Source of the DNA: Pseudomonadota bacterium
GTDB taxonomy: Bacteria; Desulfobacterota; Binatia; Binatales; Binataceae
Assembly (NCBI GenBank): GCA_021324455.1
Contig: JAJPJA010000159.1
Coordinates: 39,239-103,238 of the forward strand
DNA: 64,000 nucleotides
Direction: 5' to 3'
Under the pieces are notes generated by a model. The model saw only the letters and a program-made list of their open reading frames with translations. It was not told where the DNA came from and made no database searches. The translations under genes were made by a program, and so were the position numbers. This document shows positions 19,135-29,364 of the stretch, one piece after another; positions within the stretch are counted from its first letter, which is position 1; each line of letters opens with the position of its first letter.

Positions 19135-19850
19135 AGGCTGTAATACCAGGGATAACCCTGATCCTCCCAGTAGCCCCATCGGCGTACGACGTTGGTGACC
19201 TCCAGGCTGGTGAGGTACTTGGCGGATTTGTAACCGATTTTGGTCGGCAGCAGCAGCCGCAGCGGCGCGCCATGCCCCGGCAGCAGCGGCTCGCCGTACA
19301 TCTCGTAGCACAGCAGCGAGTTGGGCTGCATCGCGCACGCCATATCGAGCGATTCGTAGTAGTTGTCGGCGCACTCGACGTAGATGAAGCGGGCGGAGGG
19401 ATCGGCGCCGACGAACTTCAGAAAATCGCCGATTCGCGCCCCGCCGAAATTGCCGATCACGTCCCATCCTTCGACGCAGACGTGGCGCGTATTCTGTCTG
19501 ACTTTGGGCACGCTCTGGATCTGCGCCAGCGTGTACTCGCCCGGCCGCTTGACCAGTCCGCCCACCTTAAGCCGCCATTTGTCCGTGTCGATCTCCGGAT
19601 CGAGCACGTCGTAATAGTTGTAGGGAAAGCGCTTGAGCGGGGCCACCGCGGAATCCGGATAGGTGGCTGCACGATGCCCGCTGCGATACCACAGCGACGC
19701 CGCCCATCCGTTGAACCGCTCACCCGCACTGAGCAGAGCCGCGCGTGCCGGCGGCACCGCGAAGGCGCCCAGCGCGATCAGCGGGGTCATCTTGAGCAGT
19801 TCGCGCCGGTTCATTCGCGCAAACGTGCGGCGGTCGATGCGCATGTCCAT
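19131..19850 (-). CDS. molybdopterin-dependent oxidoreductase, sulfite-oxidase family (MsrP/YedY-like periplasmic catalytic subunit)
   Basis: Tat signal RRTFARMNRRELLK and Mo-cofactor domain (HVCVEGWD, YEMYGEPLLPGHGAPLRLLLPTKIGYKSAKYL). Coupled to the downstream cytochrome b gene. Confidence 0.75.
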   Translation of the reverse strand: MDMRIDRRTFARMNRRELLKMTPLIALGAFAVPPARAALLSAGERFNGWAASLWYRSGHRAATYPDSAVAPLKRFPYNYYDVLDPEIDTDKWRLKVGGLVKRPGEYTLAQIQSVPKVRQNTRHVCVEGWDVIGNFGGARIGDFLKFVGADPSARFIYVECADNYYESLDMACAMQPNSLLCYEMYGEPLLPGHGAPLRLLLPTKIGYKSAKYLTSLEVTNVVRRWGYWEDQGYPWYYSL

Positions 19851-19939
19851 GGCCTTTATCGTCCAACCTCAAGCATACGCCGCCCGCGCCTGATATTGAA
19901 TGCTCCGATGCGGGAGAAGGTTTTACTCCGGGCGGCGTC

Positions 19940-20749
19940 TCAGGGAGCGCCGGGCCGGGCCATCCCGCCCGGCGTGGGAATATCCATGGAGACCGCGAGC
20001 ACCCTGAACGCCGAGTCGGAAACCACCACCGCGCCCTGGTAAGGCGTCGCCAGTTCGCTGATGGCGAGAATCGTCAACCCGATCAGCGCGGCGAAGGTCC
20101 CGCACATCAGGGCCTGCTGACGAAAGCGGCGGGTGACGAAAAAATAACTGAATCCCAGCGTGATCGCGCAGCCGACGTAGATGACGATCCAGATCACCGA
20201 AGGCAGGTCCTCGCTGTAATAGACGTATCTCAATCGGCGCAGGTCGCTGAGCTGCGTAACCTGGTCGATGCTTTTATCCAGAAAAACCTGTTCCTGAGCG
20301 TTGGCCGGTACGGCCCTGAAAAGGATCTCCCACAAGCGCTGGACCGGAGTCTGATCGGGCGGGAACTTTCCGTCCGCCATTTCGCGCCACTCCGAATGCA
20401 GCACATTGTAAGCATAGGCGCGCAGCTCCTTGCGCATCTCGCTGCGAACCGGATCGCCCAGTCCCCGCGCCAAATTGAAGAGATTGGAGACCGCCAGGCT
20501 CTCCGCCTGCACCTGCTCGTTGGCGCGTTCGAAGCGCTGCCACACCGCGACGATCACGAACGCCAGCACCACGCCGTAAAACGCGCCGATTACGCCGAAG
20601 GTAAAGCCGGCCACGTCATGATCGGTCCTGAGCGCCTCCGGCTCGACCCTGCGCCGCACCAGGTAAAGACCGCCCACCGTGATACCGGCGAATACGGCGG
20701 TAATCAACAGCGCCTGAACCAAAGTCGGAAGAAATTCAATAACGTCCAT
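19940..20749 (-). CDS. hypothetical integral membrane protein (DUF4239-like)
   Basis: Three or four predicted TM helices and no catalytic motifs I recognise. Confidence 0.5.
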   Translation of the reverse strand: MDVIEFLPTLVQALLITAVFAGITVGGLYLVRRRVEPEALRTDHDVAGFTFGVIGAFYGVVLAFVIVAVWQRFERANEQVQAESLAVSNLFNLARGLGDPVRSEMRKELRAYAYNVLHSEWREMADGKFPPDQTPVQRLWEILFRAVPANAQEQVFLDKSIDQVTQLSDLRRLRYVYYSEDLPSVIWIVIYVGCAITLGFSYFFVTRRFRQQALMCGTFAALIGLTILAISELATPYQGAVVVSDSAFRVLAVSMDIPTPGGMARPGAP

Positions 20750-20945
20750 AGCCAGCCCTCGAGTCCGCGGACCGCGGCCAGATCGCAGGTCCGCACCGAA
20801 ATTGGAATCAAGCCAAACAGAGCAGGAATTTCATCCATTTGCGAGACGTTTGCAGCGGCTCCGCGCGGCGGCCGCAAGCTGGACACCGCGCATATTCTTG
20901 CGGTTAACACGGCCTCTGTGGGACCTTTCCCTCGGAGGAAAACTT

Positions 20946-21893
20946 ATGAGCGATCATCCACTGCGCTTCGGCATCCAGACTCCGCAGCAGCAGGCGCAAT
21001 GGAGCGACCTGCGCGGCTTGTGGCAGAAGGCGGACCGATGGGGTTACGACTCGCTGTGGGTCTTCGATCATTTCTATCCGATCATGGGCGCCGACCCCGC
21101 CGGGCCGTGCCTGGAGGGATGGACCGTGCTGAGCGCGCTGAGCCAGCAGACCAGCCGCGCCCGAATCGGCGCACTGGTCAACGGCAACACTTACCGCAAC
21201 CCATGCATCACGGCGAAGATGGCGGCGACCCTGGACCATCTGAGCGGCGGGCGTTTCGTGCTTGGGATCGGCGCCGGATGGTACGAGTTGGAGCACAACA
21301 GCTTCGGCGTCGAGTTCAAAACCGTACCATGGCGGCTGCGCGCGCTGGACGAAGCCTGTCAGATCGTCAAAGGCATGTTCACGCAGGATAAGTTCACGCT
21401 GCACGGCAAGCATTACCAGGTCACCGACGCGGTATGCAGTCCCAAACCGCTCCAGCAGCCGCATCCGCCGCTGATGGTGGCGGGAACCGGCGAAAAAGTT
21501 TTGCTAAGGATCGTCGCCAAATACGCCAACCTGTGGAACTCGGGCGGCAGCGCCGAGCGGATCGGACATCTGATCGCGGTGCTCAAGCGCCATTGCGACG
21601 CGATCGGCCGCGACGCCGATGAAATCGAAAAGACCCTGATCACGTCGCTGTGCTATCGCGCCGGCCCGGACCGGGAGAAGCAGGTGACGGCGCGCGCCGC
21701 CGCGATGAGCCGCGGTACTGCGCAGGAAGCGCGCCGGAATATGGTGATCGGCGGCGCCGACGAATGCCTGGAGACCATCGAGCGCTATCGCAAGGCCGGA
21801 GTTACTCATTTCATCTTCTCGATGACACCGCCGTACATGGAAGACGAAATCCAGGGCTTTGCCGAAGACATATTCCCCGGGGTGCGCGGTTAG
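20946..21893 (+). CDS. LLM-class (luciferase-like) flavin-dependent oxidoreductase
   Basis: TIM-barrel LLM signature (DSLWVFDHF ... GRFVLGIGAGW). GGAGGA RBS before the ATG at 20946. Confidence 0.85.
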   Translation: MSDHPLRFGIQTPQQQAQWSDLRGLWQKADRWGYDSLWVFDHFYPIMGADPAGPCLEGWTVLSALSQQTSRARIGALVNGNTYRNPCITAKMAATLDHLSGGRFVLGIGAGWYELEHNSFGVEFKTVPWRLRALDEACQIVKGMFTQDKFTLHGKHYQVTDAVCSPKPLQQPHPPLMVAGTGEKVLLRIVAKYANLWNSGGSAERIGHLIAVLKRHCDAIGRDADEIEKTLITSLCYRAGPDREKQVTARAAAMSRGTAQEARRNMVIGGADECLETIERYRKAGVTHFIFSMTPPYMEDEIQGFAEDIFPGVRG

Positions 21894-22029
21894 CGGTGTA
21901 CCGCGTGTGTGAATTCGGGCCGCGGCGGCAATTCAACCTGTTGGCGCCGCAGCAAATATGCGGTACGACTAGAACAGCGGCGGCGGGACGTTCCTATCGC
22001 CCGCACGACAGATCGCAGAGAAGAGCAAG

Positions 22030-22566
22030 ATGGCACAGGGAACCAAGCTAGCTACTTTCGGAGCCGGATGCTTCTGGCATGTCGAGGCGGCATTCGCCGC
22101 GTTGGACGGCGTGGTCTCAACACAGGTCGGCTATATGGGCGGGACCGTGCCCAACCCCAGCTATGAGATGGTTTGCACCGATGGCACCGGCCACGCCGAG
22201 GTGGTTCAAGTCGAATACGACCCCGGCGTGATTTCGTACGAGCAGTTGCTTGAGCTTTACTGGGACCTGCACGACCCGACTTCCCTTAACCGGCAGGGAC
22301 CGGATATCGGCTCGCAGTACCGGTCGGTGATTTTCTTCCATGATGCGCAACAGGAAGGTGCGGCGCGGGCCGCGGTTCGCGCGCTGCAGGAAGCGGGGCG
22401 CTACGATCGTCCGATCGTAACCGAGATCGTGCCGGCGGCGGAGTTCTATCGCGCCGAGGAATATCATCAGCAGTACTTCGCGCGGCATTTCGGCCTGTCC
22501 CCGCAGCAGGCGGCGTTGGCCTGTGCCGTCGGCACCCCGGCGATGCGCCACGTCAAGAAGCCATAA
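22030..22566 (+). CDS. msrA: peptide-methionine (S)-S-oxide reductase
   Basis: Active-site GCFWHVEA and conserved C-terminal region. Confidence 0.9.
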   Translation: MAQGTKLATFGAGCFWHVEAAFAALDGVVSTQVGYMGGTVPNPSYEMVCTDGTGHAEVVQVEYDPGVISYEQLLELYWDLHDPTSLNRQGPDIGSQYRSVIFFHDAQQEGAARAAVRALQEAGRYDRPIVTEIVPAAEFYRAEEYHQQYFARHFGLSPQQAALACAVGTPAMRHVKKP

Positions 22567-22694
22567 TCTTTGGTTGCGTCCCTCCGGCCTGGGATTGCTC
22601 GCCCGCGGACTGAACGACGAAAGTGGAGAGCCTGCCGCGGAACCGGAAACTCGTTGCCGGGAGGGACGCCGCGCCATCATCGAAACGGGATAAA

Positions 22695-22733
22695 CAAAGA
22701 CGGCCGGAGAGGGGTGCTCCGGCCGTCTCTTTG
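22695..22733. terminator. bidirectional hairpin terminator between convergent msrA and thiolase genes
   Basis: aaagacggccggag-aggggtg-ctccggccgtctcttt. Confidence 0.55.
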
Positions 22734-22750
22734 CCGCGCTTTACAGCCGG

Positions 22751-23995
22751 TTACATCCGCTCCAGGATGGTGGCTATCCCCATGCCGCCGCCGATACACA
22801 TCGTTACCAGCGCGGTGGTCTTGTCGCGGCGCTCCAGTTCGTCGAGCACCGTGCCGACCAGCATCGCACCGGTGGCGCCCAGCGGATGCCCCAGCGCGAT
22901 CGCGCCGCCATTGACGTTGACCTTGTCGCGCGGGATACCGATGTCCTTCATCACCTTCAGCGGAATCGCCGCGAAGGCTTCGTTGATTTCCCACAGGTCG
23001 ATATCATTGGCCGTCATCTTCGCCTTCTGCAGCGCGCGCTTGCTGGCGGGCACCGGCGCCGTCAGCATGATGATCGGCTCGTCTCCGTAGGTCGCGGTCT
23101 GCAGGATGCGTGCGCGCGGCTTGAGCCCGTGGGCCTTGGCGTAATCCGGCGACGCCAACAGCACCACGCCGGCTCCATCCACGATGCCGCTGGAGTTGCC
23201 CGGAGTATGGACGTGGTTGATCACTTCGGCCTGCGCGTAGCGGGTCTTGGCCTTCTGGTCGAAGGTGAGCGGGCCGTCCTTCATGCGATAGCCGCCGCCG
23301 TTGGGATGGGTTCCGGCAAATGAGGGTTCCAGCTTGGCCAGCCCTTCCATGGTGGTGTTGGCGCGCGGATGCTCGTCGTGATCGAGCACCACCTTGCCCT
23401 CGCCGTTTTTGACCGGAATCAGGCTCTTTTTGAAGTAGCCTTTCTCCATCGCGTTCTTGCACATCATCTGCGACTCGTAGGCGAAGCGGTCGCAGTCCTC
23501 GCGCGAGAAGCCTTCCAGGGTGGCGATCAGATCGGCGGACACCCCCTGCGGGACCAGCGGATGGAGTTCGCGCAGATGGCGGTTGTGGCCGTCCAGACCG
23601 GAGCCGTCGGCACCCATCGGAACCCGCGACATGCTTTCCACACCGCCGCCGACCACCAAATCCTGCTGGCCCGCCATTACCCCCATCGCGGCGAAGTTGA
23701 CCGCCTGAAGGCCCGAGCCGCAGAAACGGTTGAGCGACACGCCCGTGGCCTCGTTGGGCCATCCCGCGGCCAGCACCGCCATCCGTGCGATACATCCGCC
23801 CTGCTCGCCGACTTCGCTGACGGTGCCGACGACCACGTCCTCGACGTCGCGTTTCTCGATCCCGTGGCGGTCGACCAGGGCGTTGAGCGCCTGGGCGAAC
23901 AGTTCCTGCGGATGAATCCCGGACAGCGCTCCGGAATCCTTTTTGCCGCGGCCCCGCGGCGTTCTGACGCAATCGATAATCCAGGCTTCGCTCAT
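22751..23995 (-). CDS. acetyl-CoA C-acyltransferase / 3-ketoacyl-CoA thiolase
   Basis: Thiolase signatures [11 protein letters not shown] (Cys nucleophile region), [14 protein letters not shown] and CIGGGMG. Confidence 0.9.
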   Translation of the reverse strand: MSEAWIIDCVRTPRGRGKKDSGALSGIHPQELFAQALNALVDRHGIEKRDVEDVVVGTVSEVGEQGGCIARMAVLAAGWPNEATGVSLNRFCGSGLQAVNFAAMGVMAGQQDLVVGGGVESMSRVPMGADGSGLDGHNRHLRELHPLVPQGVSADLIATLEGFSREDCDRFAYESQMMCKNAMEKGYFKKSLIPVKNGEGKVVLDHDEHPRANTTMEGLAKLEPSFAGTHPNGGGYRMKDGPLTFDQKAKTRYAQAEVINHVHTPGNSSGIVDGAGVVLLASPDYAKAHGLKPRARILQTATYGDEPIIMLTAPVPASKRALQKAKMTANDIDLWEINEAFAAIPLKVMKDIGIPRDKVNVNGGAIALGHPLGATGAMLVGTVLDELERRDKTTALVTMCIGGGMGIATILERM

Positions 23996-24133
23996 GATTA
24001 AGAAATCTCCCTTAAATTTGGTTCGCTAATTCCAAGTGCCGGCCTTAAAGCTGCGCGCCGCATGCTGCGGGCGGCGCTTTGACCCATCATTCAGCGCATC
24101 GTGCCGTTGTGTCAAACCTGACGAAGGCCGCGT

Positions 24134-25222
24134 TCAGCCCAACTGCGGCATCACCGCCGCCCGCGTCACCTCGCGCCGCTCGCTTTTGTCCAGCGCCTCG
24201 GCCGCCCGCGACAGCGGAAATCTGGCGTCGCACAACTCGCCATAGGGATAGCGGTCGATGTGCAGGCTCAGGAAGTCGAGCGCCTTCTTGAGATAATGCG
24301 GCGGATAGCCGGTCATCGCGATCACCTGGATCGACTTCATGGTCAACGTCGAGGGCGGAAACTCAATCGTCAGGCTGCGCGAGATGTTGCCCAACTCCAG
24401 CACCAGGCCGCCCGCGCGCACCATCGCGAGCGCCTCGCTGAACGCCTGCGGGACACCCGCGACTTCCAGCACCGCGTCGGGTCCGGGGCCGCCGGTGAGT
24501 TCGCGGACGCGGGCGGTGCGGGCGCGCGCGTCGGGATATTGGCGGATGTCGATAATTTCATCGGCGCCGAAGCGGCGCGCGTGATTCAGCCGCCCATCGA
24601 CGCCGTCGATCGCTATAACATACGCGCCGCGGGCCCTGGCGATCGCAATCGCATGCAGCCCCAGTCCGCCGGCGCCCTGCACTACCAGCGAGTCGCCATA
24701 ACCGATACGTCCGCGATCCAGCGCCCAGAACACCTGCGACATCGCGCAGTTGGCCGAAGCGGCCACCTCGTCGGGCACATTGTCGGGAACGCGGTAGAAG
24801 ATCTGTTCGGGGCGGATGAAGTAATGGGTCGAGAAGCCGGCGGTGAAATGCGGCGGATGGTCGGGATGCGGATTGCCGGGCAGCGGATTCAGACAGGCGG
24901 CATGATTTCCCGACACACAGTTCCTGCATCGGTAGCACACCCGGAAGTACACCGGCGCGATGCGGTCGCCGGGTTTGATCGGCGCGCCGGCGCAATCCCT
25001 GCTGACCCCGCCGCCCAAAGCCGCCACGCGTCCGGCCAGCTCATGCCCCGGCATCATGCCGCGTCCGGCCATGAATTCGCCCTTCCAGACGTGCAGCTCC
25101 GAACCGCAGACGTTGCTCTGGGTCACCTCCAGCAGCGTCCAGCCGGGCTGCACCTGGGAAACTTCGTATTCGTGGAATTCCAGCGTATGCGCCGCCGGCA
25201 TGAACGCGATTTTGCCTTTCAT
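24134..25222 (-). CDS. zinc-dependent alcohol dehydrogenase (MDR superfamily)
   Basis: Catalytic-Zn motif CGSELH, structural-Zn Cys cluster (CYRCRNCVSGNHAAC) and GxGxxG nucleotide fold (VVQGAGGLG). Confidence 0.85.
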   Translation of the reverse strand: MKGKIAFMPAAHTLEFHEYEVSQVQPGWTLLEVTQSNVCGSELHVWKGEFMAGRGMMPGHELAGRVAALGGGVSRDCAGAPIKPGDRIAPVYFRVCYRCRNCVSGNHAACLNPLPGNPHPDHPPHFTAGFSTHYFIRPEQIFYRVPDNVPDEVAASANCAMSQVFWALDRGRIGYGDSLVVQGAGGLGLHAIAIARARGAYVIAIDGVDGRLNHARRFGADEIIDIRQYPDARARTARVRELTGGPGPDAVLEVAGVPQAFSEALAMVRAGGLVLELGNISRSLTIEFPPSTLTMKSIQVIAMTGYPPHYLKKALDFLSLHIDRYPYGELCDARFPLSRAAEALDKSERREVTRAAVMPQLG

Positions 25223-25259
25223 CTGATGCTCCCAATCAATTGAGCGCGGGTTTGAATCA

Positions 25260-26276
25260 TCATCGGAACTCCGGCATTACCTTGGACGCGAACAACTCCA
25301 TATGCTCGCGCATCACGCCCGGTGGACAGGCGGCCTCGTTCATGATGAAGGTCAGCGTCGTGGTATGCATCGCCTGCGCGTACTGGCGAATCGCCTTGAC
25401 CGCCTGATTGGGAGTAAGCACCGTCAGCAGTCCGGTTTTGCGCAGCTCCTCCTTGTTGCTGACCGGCGGGTAAAGCGGCGGCGTGTTCCAGTTGAGCATC
25501 CACACCGAATAGCATTCGATGGCGTGGATGACGTAGGGCGCGATTTGGTCCCAGGCCCGTTCCGGATCGTTGGACACGTACTGCCAGGCCGGACCGTTGG
25601 CCAGAAACGCTTTGGAGGGATCCTTGCCCAGCTTCTTCAGTTCCTCCAGATAAATCCTTACGCTGTCCGGCTCGCCCGAGAGCAACCCGTCGCCCATGCG
25701 CGCCGCGCGCCTGACCGCGTTGGGCGCAAAGCCGCCGATATACATCGGCGGACGCGGCTGCTGCACCGGCCGCGGCGTCAGCCTGGTCTTCTCGCACTGT
25801 AAGTATCTGCCTTTGAAGGTGACGGTCTCGCCTTCCCACAGGCGGCGGATTATTTCCAGCATCTCGTCCGCGCGCCGGCTGCGCTGCTTCATCTCCATCC
25901 CGTAGCCCATGAACTCCTCGGGCCGATAGCCCAGCCCGAAGCCGAACTCGTAGCGGCCGCCCGAGAGGATATCGAGCACGGCGCCGTCCTCGGCCAGCCG
26001 CACCGGATGATAAAACGGCAGTAGGCCGACAAAGGTGCCGAGCCGAATTCGTTTGGTGCGCATCGCAATCGCCGTCAGCAGCATCAGCGGCGACGGCGCC
26101 CAGTCGTCGTCGGTGAAGTGATGCTCGGTGATGTAGATCGAGTCGTAGCCGAGGTCCTCGGCCATCACGATGCTGTCGATGATTTCATGATAGAGCCGGG
26201 TGGGATCGCGGCGCCATTTGCCGGGATTTCGGAAATGGACCACGGGCGCGAATTTCAACTTGATGTCTTGAGCCAT
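25260..26276 (-). CDS. LLM-class flavin-dependent oxidoreductase
   Basis: LLM signature (YDSIYITEHHF ... GGRYEFGFGLG). GGAGG RBS before the ATG at 26276. Confidence 0.85.
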   Translation of the reverse strand: MAQDIKLKFAPVVHFRNPGKWRRDPTRLYHEIIDSIVMAEDLGYDSIYITEHHFTDDDWAPSPLMLLTAIAMRTKRIRLGTFVGLLPFYHPVRLAEDGAVLDILSGGRYEFGFGLGYRPEEFMGYGMEMKQRSRRADEMLEIIRRLWEGETVTFKGRYLQCEKTRLTPRPVQQPRPPMYIGGFAPNAVRRAARMGDGLLSGEPDSVRIYLEELKKLGKDPSKAFLANGPAWQYVSNDPERAWDQIAPYVIHAIECYSVWMLNWNTPPLYPPVSNKEELRKTGLLTVLTPNQAVKAIRQYAQAMHTTTLTFIMNEAACPPGVMREHMELFASKVMPEFR

Positions 26277-26437
26277 CGGCGGCCTCCGGAGTGCGGATAT
26301 ACGATAACGGACGTTCAGCTTCAAGCCGGCTTCCGTGCGCTGAAAACAAAGCCTGAAAGGGAAAAAATATGAGCAACCAGGAAAACTTTGTTGAACATAA
26401 AGCTACTTTTTGCTACAAACGGGGCCGGAGGACAAAA

Positions 26438-26824
26438 ATGGTGCGTTCAGGCAAAAAGACCGCGATATTTACTCTGGCTGGAATGGTTGCCCTGTGGGTG
26501 GCGGGCACCGCGTGGGCGGACGGTTCAAGCCTCAAGGGCGACGATCCGGTGCTCTGCTGTCAGGACGCCTCGCTGCGTCCCACAACGACCCCCGTGGCCG
26601 GCGGCGGATCCGGTATTTTCATCTTCAAGGGCTGCCAGGCAATTGACGCCGGCCCCACCGCCTTCAACCGCTGCGACGGGCTGGTGATCAACTGTGCCGA
26701 GACCCCCGCGGCGTGCGTGCCGGACCCCAAACTCGGGGGCAAAGATTGCATCTGCGGCGTCAACCTGAATCTCGACGTCCTGCTCAACCTGACCCCGCTG
26801 GCCGGTTCCACCCCGACACATTAA
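26438..26824 (+). CDS. small secreted cysteine-rich hypothetical protein (8 Cys)
   Basis: Signal peptide MVRSGKKTAIFTLAGMVALWVAGTAWA, then 8 Cys in about 100 residues. GGAGGA RBS 7 nt before the ATG at 26438. No homology I can recognise. Confidence 0.55.
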   Translation: MVRSGKKTAIFTLAGMVALWVAGTAWADGSSLKGDDPVLCCQDASLRPTTTPVAGGGSGIFIFKGCQAIDAGPTAFNRCDGLVINCAETPAACVPDPKLGGKDCICGVNLNLDVLLNLTPLAGSTPTH

Positions 26825-26976
26825 GCCGCTTTGCCCCGGCAGGCCGCCGCAATGGCCCGGCCTGCCGGCCCAATCCCGCAACCGATCGCCGACGCCGGTT
26901 GACATCCGCCGCGGGGAACAGACAGATGTAAGCCGAAGACGGGAGACGGTCCCGTATTCGACTGGAGGCATCGCAC

Positions 26977-27984
26977 ATGGCTTACAATCTGACCATCGGA
27001 GTCGGATGGGAAGGCAAACCCGATTTTCCCGGATTGATCGAACGCGCCAGAACCGCGGAGGGGGCGGGAATCCATTCCATCTGGCTGGCGGAAGCCTGGG
27101 GGCATGACGCCTTTACCCTGCTGACACTGGTGGCCGAGCATACCAGGCGCATCCTGATCGGCACCTTCATCGTCAACATTTACGGCCGCACTCCGGGCGC
27201 CTACGCGCAGCATTTCGGCACCCTGGACGCGCTCAGCGAAGGCCGCATGATCATCGGGCTTGGAACGACGAGCGCCAACGTGGCCGAACATTTTCACGGC
27301 GTCAAGTTCCAGCCCGCCGTGACCCGGATGCGCGAGTACATCGACATCATCAACCTGCTGATGGCGGGGATGCCGCTGAAGTATGACGGCAAGCTGTTCA
27401 AGCTGCAGCGCGGCTTCACACTGCGTTTCGAGCCGGTGCGCAAACATATCCCGATTTATATCGGCGCGATGAATCCCAGAAGCGTCGCGCTGACGGCGCA
27501 AAAAGCCGACGGATGGTTTCCGGTGGATATTCCCGTCAGCCGCCTGGGCCAGGCGATCGACGACTTCCGCGCCATCGCGCAGGCGGCCGGGCGCGACCCG
27601 ATGGCGATCGACATCATGGCTCCGGGGTCGGTGGTTGTGACCCGCAACGTGGAGCGCGCCAAAACCGCGCACGCCAGCGGACTGGCCTTTTACGCCGGCC
27701 GCATGGGCACCTTCTATTCGGAGCAGCTTACCCGCTACGGCTTTGGCGACGAGGTGAAAAAAATCAAGCAGGCGTGGGACGCGCGCGACGCCAGGGCCGC
27801 GGCCGCGGCGGTGTCGCCGCGGATGCTGAGCGAGATGTGCTGCGTGGTCGAACCGGGCGACGTCGGCGCCGCGCGCGAGCGGCTGGCCGCGCAACAGTCC
27901 GCCGGCGCGACCCTGCATCGCGTGGAGATAGTGGAGCGCGACCCGGCCGCGTTCAATAAGATCGTCGAGTCGCTGTTGAAGTGA
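26977..27984 (+). CDS. LLM-class flavin-dependent oxidoreductase
   Basis: LLM signature (IHSIWLAEAWGHD ... GRMIIGLGT). Confidence 0.85.
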   Translation: MAYNLTIGVGWEGKPDFPGLIERARTAEGAGIHSIWLAEAWGHDAFTLLTLVAEHTRRILIGTFIVNIYGRTPGAYAQHFGTLDALSEGRMIIGLGTTSANVAEHFHGVKFQPAVTRMREYIDIINLLMAGMPLKYDGKLFKLQRGFTLRFEPVRKHIPIYIGAMNPRSVALTAQKADGWFPVDIPVSRLGQAIDDFRAIAQAAGRDPMAIDIMAPGSVVVTRNVERAKTAHASGLAFYAGRMGTFYSEQLTRYGFGDEVKKIKQAWDARDARAAAAAVSPRMLSEMCCVVEPGDVGAARERLAAQQSAGATLHRVEIVERDPAAFNKIVESLLK

Positions 27985-28466
27985 GTTTCTCGGTGCGATC
28001 CGGGTTTCCGATCCGCTCGCGATCCGCAAGAGCGTCGAACAACGCCAGCAAAGGCGCAAAACCGGTCGTTTCTCTTACCTTTCCGCCCTTTGCTCAACGG
28101 GCGCGGCTGATGGCGCCGGGCGCGCTTACAGCAGCGGGCTCCCCTCGCTCAGGAAGGAATTGACGACTGGATCGGATTTGCGGTCCCCTTTTCTGCAAGT
28201 GTCATTTCCGGTCCCTGCTCCCGCATTCTTTCGTGCGAGAGATTCAAGATAAGGGCGCCGCATACAGTTACAGCAGGGCGTTATCCCCGGTTGTTCGGAG
28301 CGGAGTGTGCAAAGCGGGGGATCTCAACCCAGGCCGGCTGAACGGCGCCGGACCGAATCGAGAAGATTCTGGCTTCGCGGCATTGGCTGGGAGTTGCCTC
28401 GCCGCGCTCGGTCGGTTGGGAAATCACATCAGGACTTGAAACTATAATTTCACAGCCAGGCGGCAC

Positions 28467-29315
28467 TTGAAGCTGTCCCTCATAATCGCGACGCATAACC
28501 GCGCCGAATCGCTTTCCAGACTGCTGGGCAGCCTCGCTGGCCAAATCATTGCGGGTGAGCATGAAATTCTGATCGCCGACAACGGCACGCCCTCGCCTTC
28601 GCCGGTGCCGGCCGGCGCCGCGATTGCGCATCATCTGCACGATCCCGCGCCGGGCAAATGCCGCGTCCAGAATCGCGCCATCTCCAGAGCTCAGGGAGAG
28701 ATCGTCGCGATGATTGACGACGACCTGATCGCCGGCCGAGGCTACCTCGCGGCAATCGAAAGTTTCTTCCGCGATCATCCGCAATTCGCCGCGATGAAAG
28801 GCAAAGTCCTGCCCGCGCAGGATCCGGCGCAAATCGCGGGCGACAAATGGCCCTACATGGATTTGCCGATTGTCGATCACGGCCCGGCAGTATGCGAAGT
28901 CCCGGGCGTGCTCGGCGCCAACATGGCGTTTCGCGCCGGCGTCTTCTCGCAGGTCGGACTATTCGATGAACGTCTGGGACCGGGAGCATGCGGTCATGAA
29001 GAGGACACGGAGATGTCGAAGCGGCTGCGCGCGGCCGGCTTGCGCATCGGCTACTGCCCCGACGCGCTGCTTTATCACGAAGTCGACGCGGCGCGGGCCG
29101 ACCGCGCCCGTTTCATACGCATCGCGCGCGAACGCGGCCGCTGCCGGATCCTGCATGAGCATCACAGCCGACCCGAAGTCCTGATGAACGCCGCGTATGC
29201 CGGCCTCAGAGCGGCCCTGGCGCGTACGCTGCGCGCGTCAAGCGAACGCCGGGCACGCGAGGAGCGCCGCTTCGCCACGGCGTTGGGCATGCTGGACGGG
29301 CTGCGCGGATGTTAA
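28467..29315 (+). CDS. glycosyltransferase family 2
   Basis: LSLIIATHNRAESL N-terminus, DD and ED motifs. Apparent TTG start. Confidence 0.7.
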   Translation: MKLSLIIATHNRAESLSRLLGSLAGQIIAGEHEILIADNGTPSPSPVPAGAAIAHHLHDPAPGKCRVQNRAISRAQGEIVAMIDDDLIAGRGYLAAIESFFRDHPQFAAMKGKVLPAQDPAQIAGDKWPYMDLPIVDHGPAVCEVPGVLGANMAFRAGVFSQVGLFDERLGPGACGHEEDTEMSKRLRAAGLRIGYCPDALLYHEVDAARADRARFIRIARERGRCRILHEHHSRPEVLMNAAYAGLRAALARTLRASSERRAREERRFATALGMLDGLRGC

Positions 29316-29364
29316 AAGCAGCGCCGTTTGCGTCGGTCTGAGGGAGCGGAAAACGGGTTGTCCT

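Noticed and set aside
23004-23972. 322-aa minus-strand ORF in an alternative frame of the thiolase gene
   Set aside because: Frame overprint; Arg/Gly/Pro-rich, whereas the thiolase frame has full-length conserved signatures.
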